Assembly: GCF_964355755.1 (NCBI RefSeq)
Contig: NC_092673.1
Coordinates: forward strand, 18,721,648 to 18,785,647
Direction: 5' to 3'
Source of the DNA: Antedon mediterranea
Lineage: Eukaryota > Animalia > Echinodermata
DNA: 64,000 nt
The notes beneath the pieces are model-generated. The model saw only the letters and a program-made list of their open reading frames with translations. It had not been told where the DNA came from and made no database searches. Every line of letters starts with the position of its first letter. Position 1 is the first letter of the stretch. A program made the position numbers and the translations under genes. Of the stretch, positions 23,347 to 36,300 are shown one piece after another.

Positions 23347-25370
23347 GACTAGGCCTAGCCTAGATGATCTATCTTATCTAGGCTAGCCTACTAGGGCCAG
23401 CCTAGGCCTAGTCCCTATCTCTATAGTACTACAGTAGGGCTAGGCCTAGCTAGGCTACTCTAGGAGGAGAGGGCATAGCATGTAGAAGTTAGATATGGCT
23501 AGGCCTAGTAAGACTACAGATTAGTGGAGTAGGAGGCCTAAGGTGTGCTATGGTCTATTATTAGGCTAGAAGGCCTGCTTTACAGGAAGACCAAGCCGGC
23601 GCGGCACTGATCCACAACTACTGCATTTGAAATCGGTCACGTTTCTAATCAGTTGCATATGGCATGCCAAATGTGCCTTATGTATATTTTCTTTTGCTTA
23701 TTCCTCCCAGGGTCATACCGTATGCGCGATATGATTCTAACAAGACAATGATGATTAGGTTTAAAAAAGGTGGTAAAAACCAAAGGCTTCCATTGATACA
23801 CTAAAGAGACGTAAAAAAATGAATTAATAAAAAATGCAATATATATGTTATGTACCTACTATATCTTTTATTATTGTTCTGAAAAAATGATAAAATAATG
23901 ATATACATTCCATAATTTTATAAATGAACATATTTCACATTTTCTGTAGGAAATTTAACTAAAAATATTGGAATCTAATAACCAGGCCATTGGGTGTTTA
24001 TATTGTTAAGTTGTAATAAATTGCAGTTGATGAAGTAATTGTTAACAATAACTAAATATGAATATCAATCAATATGTTATTACAAAATAAACAAAAAAAT
24101 CATTACAAGAATGTACTAAAGATTTAAAAATAAATCACTTTGGGAATTGACAATTTAATAATTATCGTCAAATTGACCTATTAATATTTGTTCACATTTT
24201 AATATTTCCTTTTCTCTTCATGTCAAGCAATTTCTGTTTTTTTCTTCATTACGTCTGTCTAATGAGTGAGTTCTCTCCTTTCAATTAGTTTAGTATGTCT
24301 TGAGATATTTGGGTAGTCTACAGGTAGGTTCTAGAATGTGTTTTGACATAATGTTAGTAAAAAGATAAATATATTGCCACATAAGGCGTTTCATACATAT
24401 AATGCTAATTGATCGATCATCGAAAAAAAACGCAGTAGTTTCCAAACAAAAATTGAAACGCTATCCGGTGGACTAACATAAAAAAGAGAATATAAACTAC
24501 AGACTTGGGGTAAGTCATCTAATATTTGGGCAACTAATCTTTGTTATGGATGATTTTACCAATGTACAGAAACAATTTTATTGCATTAAGTATTTTTTCC
24601 TATAGTTTAAAATGTATGTACAGTATAGTGATTCATTTGTTCATGAATGAAAGAGTTGGTGTCAGTTTATTTCAAAATGGTAGCTAAATCAATGTCGATG
24701 ACCTATTAAATATAGTACACCCTTCCTCCCCTGAAATTGACGATTAACAAGTATATACTTATTTAAACTTTACAATCAGTTGTGTTAATAATTAATGCAT
24801 TTTATTTTGGCCAAAACCCGAATAGCGAAAGCTGATTTGTTTTGGTCTTTTTTGTCATAATTGTTTATGAAGTTTTTATATTATTTTATTATTATGTTAT
24901 GAGAGTGACAAATAAAGTATTTACACAAATATATATATTTTGGCCTTATGTGTACAATATAAATGTTAAAAAAAGATATTCAAAGTTTACTTTCAAGTCG
25001 CTAGCATTACAAAGAATCTACAATTTCTTTTTAAAGAATTGTAGCCAATTTTAAAAAAATGTCCTAAATAGGATAGTTTTTGCAGTTTAAAAATGTAATG
25101 TTGTTTACTACACTAACATGAAGGAAATAAAAAAGATTACATTATTTATTTCCTCCATGATATCATAGTGTGCCTTGCTTTTGTGTGTACACTCTTTTAT
25201 TGACTTAACCTTGACTGGACAATATCCAGATGCCAATTGTGTAGTAAAATGATTTCATATGCTCTAGTTAACATGTTCTTTACAAAAGGTTGTTCTTTGT
25301 TAATATGAAGTATATAGAAACTACTTATAATAATATAAGTTGACAACTTATATTTTCTGTTATTTTCTAG

Positions 25371-25503
25371 TATGCAAGACTGACTCTCAAAGTCATGTGA
25401 CACACGGAACGCTGTAAACAGGGTGTTGGCACTTAGCATAACAATAAACACCTTTGACGATGGACCAGGGATTGGAGGAATATTCAGACATGAACATACA
25501 AGG
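25371..25503 (+). other. Probable 5' UTR exon of gene 2
   Basis: ttttctag acceptor and strong AGG/GTAAGT donor; no frame continues into the ankyrin ORF. Confidence 0.4.
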
Positions 25504-25954
25504 GTAAGTTATGGTTACCAATACCACCAACTCTTTATGAATTTATTGTTAGTGACTGTGTGTGTTTTTATTTCATTACAGTAATTTGACGTTTTAAGCT
25601 CTTTGTCATTTGAAGGTTACAAATAAACAGTACAGTTAAACAACACAAGACACATAAATTTTGCTTGATCTAATCCAGCAGAAGTATGTAGTGTGAGAAC
25701 AAAGATTACAATTTTCATCTTCATTCAGTAACACCAGCATACAGATGCAAGTTAATTGTCGTAGCCTTTAATGTTTCTGCTGTCTGATGGGATTATATTT
25801 TATACATGCTGTATGTATGAAACACATACAGTAATATTGAAATATAAAATGTTTCTGCTGGAATAGCTTGTCAGTATGTATACACTTTCACCAGTTTTAT
25901 GTTCAACAGTCTGATAATACTGAAGTTTCCATTCCATTTGTATATACAGTAAGC

Positions 25955-26326
25955 GGTTCAGGGAAGATTCGGCCCTGAGACGATTCGGCCCGGGACTATT
26001 CGGCCCACTTTTAGTGGGACGTTTCGGCCCACTTTGGGCCAAAACGTAGACCAAATTCATATTCATTTTTTGGGGTATTTATCAAGTTTTTAAAGGTGTT
26101 TAACAATCCGTATTTTATTAATATTGACAATGTTGATATAATATATATAATAAATTACTAAAAAAACGTAATTTTATATTCAATTTATTACTTCGAAAAC
26201 CTTGTTTATTTCGTGCATTCGCCAAGCGGCCAACAGAGGGCGTAACTTGTTTACATCGTTCACATGACTAAAAAATGATCATTTTCCCAGGGCCGAATAG
26301 TCTCAGGGCCGAATCGTCCCGTTACC
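25955..26326. mobile_element. MITE with tandem-repeat TIRs (MuDR/Foldback-like)
   Basis: GG...CC termini, inverted arrays of attcggccc / gggccgaat, 8-bp TSD cagtaagc (25947-25954 / 26327-26334). Confidence 0.8.
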
Positions 26327-26489
26327 CAGTAAGCAATTGATTATTATCAGTATTGTCCTTGTACCACACAGTGACTGTGACACAAACAATTGGTATTTTT
26401 TGCATTGCATTGTTTTGAATACAACACACATATTAGGAATTAATGATGATTCGCACTAGTTTCTTTTATTTCCTGAAAATTATTTGTAA

Positions 26490-26592
26490 AGCTCTGTCTA
26501 CACCACCATATATGGACATGATGAGGTCATATCACTACCCTATTTGAGAACATAACAATTTCTTTGTCAAGTTTGATATTGTAGACAGAGCT
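26490..26592. mobile_element. Short MITE (Harbinger/Tourist-like), same family as 41840-41982
   Basis: TIR agctctgtctaca / tgtagacagagct; TSD imperfect. Confidence 0.55.
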
Positions 26593-26616
26593 GTGGTTTG
26601 TCTAACAAAAGCTATG

Positions 26617-26737
26617 CATTTAATAACCTCAGGCTACAGAGTTGGAGATATGAACATTTAATAACCTCAGGCTACAGAGTTGGAGATATGAACATTTAAT
26701 AACCTCAGGCTACAGAGTTGGAGATATGAACATTTAA
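26617..26737. repeat. 38-bp tandem repeat, 3 copies
   Basis: catttaataacctcaggctacagagttggagatatgaa x3. Confidence 0.9.
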
Positions 26738-27392
26738 AATCAGACAAGATAGTATCAGACAATTTGATAGCTATAAAGATGTATTATTCCCCATTTAAAA
26801 ATAATAATTCATTTTTTTTGTTGAATGCCATTTTAATGTCCCATAATAGGTATCCACTTTGACCAAAAGTTTAATTGAAAACATTTTTTTACCTGAAAAA
26901 AATGGTAATTTAAAGCAAAAATTAATCAATTTGGCTGCCAGCCAATGGTTTTTGTGTAAAGTGAAAACGTTATTTCTTTTCTTTTTTTTTTCTACAGAAG
27001 TGATTAACTTTATTAAAACTACAAAATAACCCGCTATTCAAAGTCTGATTTAATTAATCTTCATTTTTCATGTTTTTGGGTGACAATCTTTAAACAAATA
27101 TTTTAACAAAATGACATTGTTGTGAGTATCAGTAGCTGTATCTCAATGTACAAATATAATAAGCAAAAGCTAAATTCAAACAACAAAGTAAAACAGCCAG
27201 CATCAGAAACATCTATATTATGGTATATTACTTCAATAGGAATTTAGATAGTTTAGATAGAAATACAGATAGTTTACATACCAGGAAAGATTAAATGTTT
27301 ACCTTTTATATTTTCAGAAGAGAATGTGTAGGCTTTTATACTAGAAGCTATCGGCATTAATAATTGTTAAATGAAGACACTGTATTTTGAAA

Positions 27393-30300
27393 ATGGAAAG
27401 GTAGGTTTTTTAATTGTATTATTTCAAATCAAACAGATTAACCTTCAATTAATTTATAGTTTAAATGAAAAAGAAAACACTTTAAGATATTATTTTGAGA
27501 AACTTTTCAAATACAAACATAAATATTACAATTAAAGGGCCCATTTTCATCAAATATTTATTATTGAATGAAAGAAAGAAAAAATAAATGTTTACGTTGA
27601 GTTGAGTTGAAATATAATGATGATAATATTATTTTCATCAATCGTCATTTTCATAAAATAATGTAACACTTCATTATAATCTTTTATAATCATTTTAACA
27701 GGAACAAATTAGAAGAAGCTTTGCACAGGAATGATTTGCAAACAGTTAAACACATTTGTAGAACACAGCCAGATCTTGTGAAATCTATCAATGAGGTATT
27801 AAAAATATATTTTCATAATATTAACAAAAAGAAATTCTTTTCATTGAAATTTAAAATTGTTTACTACATTATTTAGCTGTAATTTTTGCTGCTGTTTATA
27901 TTGACAGAAAACCAATTTCACATAATGTCTGTTGTCAGTATTTATAAACTATATTATTTTGATTCCTTTCCAGGATGGGAACACTCCACTACATGTATAT
28001 CTGAGTAAAGTAATTCCTACCTTAGATATACTTACTTGTCTTTTAAATCATAATGTGTCTGCAGCAACATTGCAAAATAAGGTAATCCACATGGATTTGC
28101 TAGTGTAGTAGGCTACCATTCTCTGCAGTAAACCATTCTATTTATCAATAATGACAAATATGATTTTTTACTACATTATTTAGCTGTAATTTTTGCTGCT
28201 GTTTATATTGACAGAAAACCAATTTCACATAATGTATGTTGTCAGTATTTATAAACTTTATTATTTTTATTCCTTTCCAGGATGGGAACACTCCATTACA
28301 TGTATATCTTAGTAAAGTAAATCCTACCTTAGATATACTTACTTGTCTTTTAAATCATAATGCGTCTGCAGCAACATTGCAAAATAAGGTAATCCACAGG
28401 GATTTGCTAGTGTAGTAGGCTACCATTCTCTGCAGTAAACCATTCTATTTATCAATAATGACAAATATGATTTTTTACTACATTATTTAGCTGTAATTTT
28501 TGCGGTTGTTTATATTGACAGAAAACCAATTTCACATAATGTCTGTTGTCAGTATTTATAAACTTTATTATTTTTATTCCTTTCCAGGATGGGAACACTC
28601 CATTACATGTATATCTGAGTAAAGTAAATCCTACCTTAGATATACTTACTTGTCTTTTAAATCATAATGCATCTGCACCAACATTGCAAAATAAGGTAAT
28701 CCACAGGGATTTGCTAGTGTAGTAGGCAACCATTCTCTGCTGTAAACCATTCTATTTGTTTATCAATAATGACAAATATCATTTTTTTCTACATTATTTA
28801 GCTGTAATTTTGGCTGCTGTTTATATTGACAGAAAACCAATTTCACATAATGTCTGTTGTCAGTATTTATAAACTTTATTATTTTGATTCCTTTCCAGGA
28901 TGGGAACACTCCACTACATGTATATCTGAGTAAAGTAATTCCTACCTTAGATATACTTACTTGTCTTTTAAATCATAATGTGTCTGCAGCAACATTGCAA
29001 AATAAGGTAATCCACATGGATTTGCTAGTGTAGTAGGCTACCATTCTCTGCAGTAAACCATTCTATTTATCAATAATGACAAATATGATTTTTTACTACA
29101 TTATTTAGCTGTAATTTTTGCTGCTGTTTATATTGACAGAAAACCAATTTCACATAATGTATGTTGTCAGTATTTATAAACTTTATTATTTTTATTCCTT
29201 TCCAGGATGGGAACACTCCATTACATGTATATCTTAGTAAAGTAAATCCTACCTTAGATATACTTACTTGTCTTTTAAATCATAATGCGTCTGCAGCAAC
29301 ATTGCAAAATAAGGTAATCCACAGGGATTTGCTAGTGTAGTAGGCTACCATTCTCTGCAGTAAACCATTCTATTTATCAATAATGACAAATATGATTTTT
29401 TACTACATTATTTAGCTGTAATTTTTGCGGTTGTTTATATTGACAGAAAACCAATTTCACATAATGTCTGTTGTCAGTATTTATAAACTTTATTATTTTT
29501 ATTCCTTTCCAGGATGGGAACACTCCATTACATGTATATCTGAGTAAAGTAAATCCTACCTTAGATATACTTACTTGTCTTTTAAATCATAATGCATCTG
29601 CACCAACATTGCAAAATAAGGTAATCCACAGGGATTTGCTAGTGTAGTAGGCAACCATTCTCTGCTGTAAACCATTCTATTTGTTTATCAATAATGACAA
29701 ATATCATTTTTTTCTACATTATTTAGCTGTAATTTTGGCTGCTGTTTATATTGACAGAAAACCAATTTCACATAATGTCTGTTGTCAGTATTTATAAACT
29801 TTATTATTTTTATTCCTTTCCAGGATGGGAACACTCCATTACATGTATATCTGAGTAAAGTAAATCCTACCTTAGATATACTTACTTGTCTTTTAAATCA
29901 TAATGTGTCTGCAGCAACATTGCAAAATAAGGTAATCCACATGGATTTGCTAGTGTAGTAGGCTACCATTCTCTGCAGTAAACCATTCTATTTATCAATA
30001 ATGACAAATATGATTTTTTACTACATTATTTAGCTGTAATTTTGGCTGCTGTTTATATTGACAGAAAACCAATTTCACATAATGTATGTTGTCAGTATTT
30101 ATAAACTTTATTATTTTTATTCCTTTCCAGGATGGGAACACTCCATTACATGTATATCTGAGTAAAGTAAATCCTACCTTAGATATAGTGACTTGTCTTT
30201 TAAAGCATAATGTATCTGCAGCAACATTGCAAAATAAGGTAATCCACAGGGATTTGCTAGTGTAATAGGCTACCATTCTCTGCAGTAAACCATTCTATTT

Positions 30301-33300
30301 ATCAATAATGACAAATATGATTTTTTACTACATTATTTAGCTGTAATTATTGCTGTTTTTTATATTTACAGATAAACAATTTCACATAATGTCTGTTGTC
30401 AGTATTTATAAACTTTATTATTTTTATTCCTTTCCAGGATGGGGACACTCCATTACATGTACATCTGAGTAAAGTAAATCCTACCTTAGATATACTTACT
30501 TGTCTTTTAAATCATAATGCGTCTGCAGCAACATTGCAAAATAAGGTAATCCACAGGGATTTGCTAGTGTAGTAGGCTACCATTCTCTGCAGTAAACCAT
30601 TCTATTTATCAATAATGACAAATATGATTTTTTACTACATTATTTAGCTGTAATTTTTGCTGTTGTTTATATTGACAGAAAACCAATTTCACATAATGTC
30701 TGTTGTCAGTATTTATAAACTTTATTATTTTTATTCCTTTCCAGGATGGGGACACTCCATTACATGAGTATCTAAGTACAGTAAATCCTACCTTAGATAT
30801 AGTGACTTGTCTCTTAAAGCATAATGGATCTGCAGTAACATTGCAAAATAAGGTAATCCACAGGTATTACCTAGTGTAGTAAGCAACCATTCTCTGCAGT
30901 AAACCATTCTATTTGTTTATCAATAAGAACAAATAGGATTTTTACCACATTATTTAGCTGTAATTATTGCTGTTTTTTATATTTACAGATAAACAATTTC
31001 ACATAATGTCTGTTGTCAGTATTTATAAACTTCATGATTATGATTATTAGTATATTGGAAATTGACTATACTATAGTTATGTGCTTAAACCATTTGAAAC
31101 AAACTAAATTGCTCAGAAAGCAAATGACCCCCAGCCAAAAGTAATCTTTGTTCCCGCTTTTGATTTATTTCTGGTTCCACTCCTGGGTACCCTGATTTCA
31201 GTTCCATTTTTAATTTGTCATCAAAAAGAGCAATTATATATAATGTTTATTTCTGGTTCCGCTCCTGGGTACCCTGATTTCAGTTCCATTTTTAATTTGT
31301 CATCAAAAAGAGCAATTATATATAATGTTTATTTCTGGTTCCGCTCCTGGGTACCCTGATTTCAGTTCCATTTTGAATTTGTCATCAAAAAGAGCAATTA
31401 TATATAATGTTTATTTCTGGTTCCACTCCTGATTTAAAGTATACAGTTATCCATCAAATCAAACATATATCTTTTTTCTTAATGAACAAAAAAAATCTAC
31501 TTGTAATTTTTTATATTCAGGTGAATTAGTATAATTTTGTTTAAATATTTTTTACCATAAAATAAATATATATTGCTCATATGTAGCTGTAAAGATAACA
31601 ACAATTGAAAATGGTCTAATTAATTATAAATATGAAATAAAATTGGACAACTACAGTATGTTGACAAATAATAAAATAGCAAACAAATATGTTTGTGTTA
31701 TTGTTAACAAAATTAATAGAATCTGATTTTAATAAAAAAGAATTAGTAATTGTTAATAACCTGCTCCCTCCCTTACCTTCCAAAAAAAATACTTCTGTCA
31801 GTATATCCAGCTAATTACAGTTTGAATATGGCCTTAAAGAGATCCTTTTCCAGATTTCTTTTTTGCAAACATTTTGCCACAAATGGAAGAGAAATGTAAA
31901 TAATGTTTAGTTCATAGTGGTTTCCAAAATCTAAAAATGTTTGAGCAATGCAATTGGAAAAAGAAATTTAACATGAAATTATTCTTTTCAAACAGTGCCG
32001 TATCTTATCTTATGACTTTTTGGAAAAAATGATTCTATAAAGTTGCCAGTTAAAATGTTATATACTAGTAAGTGCCCACAGATGGTTCTCGAATACATGA
32101 ACTTTGGTAAATAACTGAAATTGTCTAAGTCGCACTGTATACAAAGCAAATAAATACAGATATGATGGAATTTATGTATTCAAATATAATTGTCATCCTG
32201 AGAATTACCTTAATTTTGTTTATTGCATGGTATTGTTCACCAAATTCCTATCTTGGTACATTTGATGATAGGATGGTATAAGGCTTCATGATATGATATG
32301 ATTTTCATCGAGGCCAATGGTTTAAAATAAATTTTTTATCGTTAATATCTAACTTAGCTTAATTATGATATTGGTTTCATTGGGTGTTAAAAATCAGTAC
32401 TGAAAGTATGTACCAACTTTCTCTACCATTGAGTATAAATTCTAGAAGTTGCACTTAATTTACTAAAATTTCCTATTACCTAAATTTATATATAAATTCA
32501 TTAAACTTCTTATTGGCCTCATATTTTTAATGCTGAACATTTGTTTGTACAATTTTATGAAATATGTATTTTATTAATGTTCAAATTTTGTGTTTGATAT
32601 TGTACAGTAAGTAGATTTAATGATTAATAACTTACATTAAGTAAATAGGCTAACAATCACTAGATCTGATCCATGGTAAGATATAGTGACGTAGTGTCTC
32701 ATTCAGCATGGGGCACCAGTAGCATTGCAAAATAAGGTAAATGTACAGGGATTTGCTAGTGTAAAGTGCTGAAGTAAAGCATTCAATGAGAGAAAAAAGT
32801 AAGCACATTAACAAAAATCAAATTTGATTAAAACAAACCAAATAAAAAAATAACTAAATAGTTATATATGATTTATGATAACTGATTTAAAGTGTACAGT
32901 TTCCTATCACATAACATAAATATTTAATTTTCTTAATTTTTATATATTCAGTTATTAATGAACAATTATTGACAATGGTCTACTTAATTGTAAATATGAA
33001 ATAAAATGTGACAACTACTATTAAAACAACTAATAAAAATTAATAGAATCTGATTTTAATAAAAAATGATTATTAATTAATAATGTGCTCCTTCCCTTAT
33101 CTTACAAAAAAATGCTTCTGTCAGTCTATCCAGCTAATTATGAACATGGCCTTAAAGAAATCCTTTTCCAACCTAGGATCTTTTTGTGCAAACATTTTGC
33201 CACAAAATGAAGAGAAATGTAAACAATGTTTTGTTAGTTTTCAAAATCTAAATTGTTTGAGTAATGCAATTTAAAAAAGAAAGGTAATACGAAATTATTC

Positions 33301-36300
33301 TTTTCAAACTGAATGCTTTTAAGAAAAGTTCCGTCTCTTATCTTGTGACCTTTTCGGAAAAATGATTTCTCGTTAAAATATAATATACTAATACTAGTAA
33401 GTGCTCACAGATGCTTCTCGAATACATGAACTTTGGTAAATAACTGAAAATTGCATTGTACACAAGGCAAATATATACAGATATGATGGAATTTATGTAT
33501 TCAAATATAATTGTCATCCTGAGAATTACCTTAATTTTGTTTATTATATGGTATTGTTCACCAAATTCCTGTCTTGGTACATTTGGTGATGGGATGGTAT
33601 AAGGCTTCATGATATGATATGATCTTCATCGAGGCAAATGATAAATTTGTTTTGATCGTCAATATAGTACACTGGTTTTCATTAGGTGTTAAAAAATAGT
33701 ACCAAAAGTATGTACCAACTTTCTCTTCCATTGTGTAAAAATTCTAGAAGTTGCACTTAATTTACTGAAATTTCCCATTACCTAAATTTATATGTAAATT
33801 CATTTAACTGCTTATAATGGCCTCATACATGATGTTTAACATCTAAACATTTGTTTGTACAATTTTATAAAATATGTATTAAATTATTAATGTTCAAATT
33901 TTGTGATTGATATTGTACAGTAAGTAGATTTTAATGATTACTTACATTAAGTACTTACATTAAGGCTAACAATCACTAGATCTGATTCATGGTAAGATAT
34001 TCTATTTTGTTCTCATTTATCAATAGTCGACAATTATGATTATTTACCACATTATTTAGCAGTAATTTTTTGCTATGGTTTGGGTTGACAAAAAAAACCC
34101 AATTTCACATAATGTTTGTTGTCAGTATTACACCAGCAACATTGAAAAGAAGGTAATGTACAGGGATTATACAGGGATATTTCATTTGTATCTGGATAGT
34201 ATCCAAATATTATTTGCTTTGAAAGTTTATAGTAAAACTATTTGTTGTTATGGCTCAAACATTTTAACACATCTACCTACTGTTCCAAAGTAAACTTTTA
34301 TTAAATTTATCTCTCTCTCTCTCTCTCCTCCATCTTTCAATGTTGAAGGCGGTAGACTATAAACGGCAGCGCTTAAGTTTTGGTTTGGATACAGGAGTTG
34401 GCGCACTGTACAAATTGATGTCATTTATTGGCAAATAGTAATTTCTATTCACGTCCTTATTTACAACCAATGTTAAAAAATAGTAAATCTATGTATTATC
34501 ACGTGATGCTCTTTCATCCAATCTCTAGATGGTAAATGTTTGAGCCATGATATAATACTGTATGTATGTGATGCATAATTAAAGTGTGTTATATTGTATA
34601 TCAATAATTTCTCAAAACTACTAATAACTAAACCCATTTTTTTAATAGGATGGAAATACACCTGTCTCTCTTTTAGAAAGTAACAGGCTGATAAGTGACC
34701 AAAGAAAAACTGAAATTTTAAACTTCTTAGAAGGTAAGTGAAGTTTTAATTATTCAAATTCTAGGATCAACTAGTTTCATTGCAAACGATAAAAATTTTA
34801 CTTCTCGTCCCAAGTGAAGAAGAATGTCCAGATAAAAAAAATTAACATTTATGATATATCATTCACAGGTTTATTATAGATTAAATAATTCAGTGGGATA
34901 GTAGTATACATGGAAGTTGTGATATGTTGCAAGATGTAAAAACCTAATTTTTTATGATTTGAAAATTGCAAATAAATTAGAAAAAATATTTTGCCATTAA
35001 TACGATAAAAATAACACAAAAACGCAAACTTTAAAATTCCTTTGAAATAAAAATATTAAATAAATCATTTTTCAAATCAAATCAATCTCTTTATTCAATA
35101 CATCAAAACAATACACATAACAAAAATAAAGAGATTTTAATGATGATGATGATTTTAAGATGAAAGGGACCTCCAATAAACCTCAAGGGGCTTTTGATAT
35201 TAGGCTTTACTTTAAACTAGTTACAATAATCGGACGGGGGACATGCATTGTTAAGGAATATTTGAACTTTATTAATTGCATGTAAATGTAGATTTTTTTT
35301 TTTTAATGTAATCTATTTTATATATAATGCTATGTACAATTGGTATTCGTATTCAAGGCAAACAATTTACGATAGGAGGCGATAAATATTGAATATAAAA
35401 ATCTAATCTTGTTAAATCCCAGTTTTTGTTTCCACAATGGATGAATTTCCTTCACACATTTTAAAGCCTGCTTAAGAATACTATTTTTCTGTATGTAAAA
35501 TTAAACATAATGCGTAATGTATTTTACCTTCACTCTTACAATTGTATTATCTTATACCAGGGGTGGATCTAGTCATTTTTATTTGAACTTTATTAAGTGC
35601 ATATAAATGTAAATGTAGATTATAATTTTTTTTTTAGATTGCCGATGTGGACCAAACAATTTTTTTTTTCTAGACGCCCGGAAATAGCATCTGAAGCGTT
35701 TTGGCCGTTCGATTCTTTTAGCTCATTTTCCTGTAAAATCGTTGTATGTAAATGGGTGGCGCGTCAATAACATTTAAAAGAATATACGACCCCCTCACCC
35801 CCCCCCCCCCCTAATTTTCCCCTGTATGTAACTTTCCAAGCAAATAGCACAATGCAAAGCAATACGGAGCAGTTAAATTATTGAAAAATTGAGCTTCAGA
35901 AAACAATAATACTATTAGTACACACAGAATAATAGAATATTATACAGATATTGCCTGCTTTGAGGTAAAATATAAGATTTGACCTCCCTGAGGGAATGAT
36001 ATTTTGTTCAAGGGAATAATACATTTCCAAAAGCGCATAGTGCTGAGGGAAATATATTCTATCGAACTAGATATCATTCCCCGCGGGATGTCAAATCTTA
36101 CATTTTACCGATATAAAAGGCGATATCTGTTATATTATATAGCCAACAACAAGTTAAATATTTACTGGGTCGGGTAGCTAGGCCTCCTTTATGTAATAAG
36201 CCTGCCTAGTTAGGCGTTGCATTCACCTTATCTTGCGAAGAATAATATACAGATAATTACTAATTAATGATTCCTTGGCAATAAAATATTCACTTAGGCC

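Noticed and set aside
27371-27400. Alternative start ATG 27371
   Set aside because: Weak context and out of frame with the ankyrin exon, stopping at about 27732; at most an overlapping uORF.
27974-30852. CRISPR-like or non-coding satellite interpretation of the 307-bp array
   Set aside because: No unique spacers; eukaryotic context; each unit has splice sites and an ankyrin reading frame.
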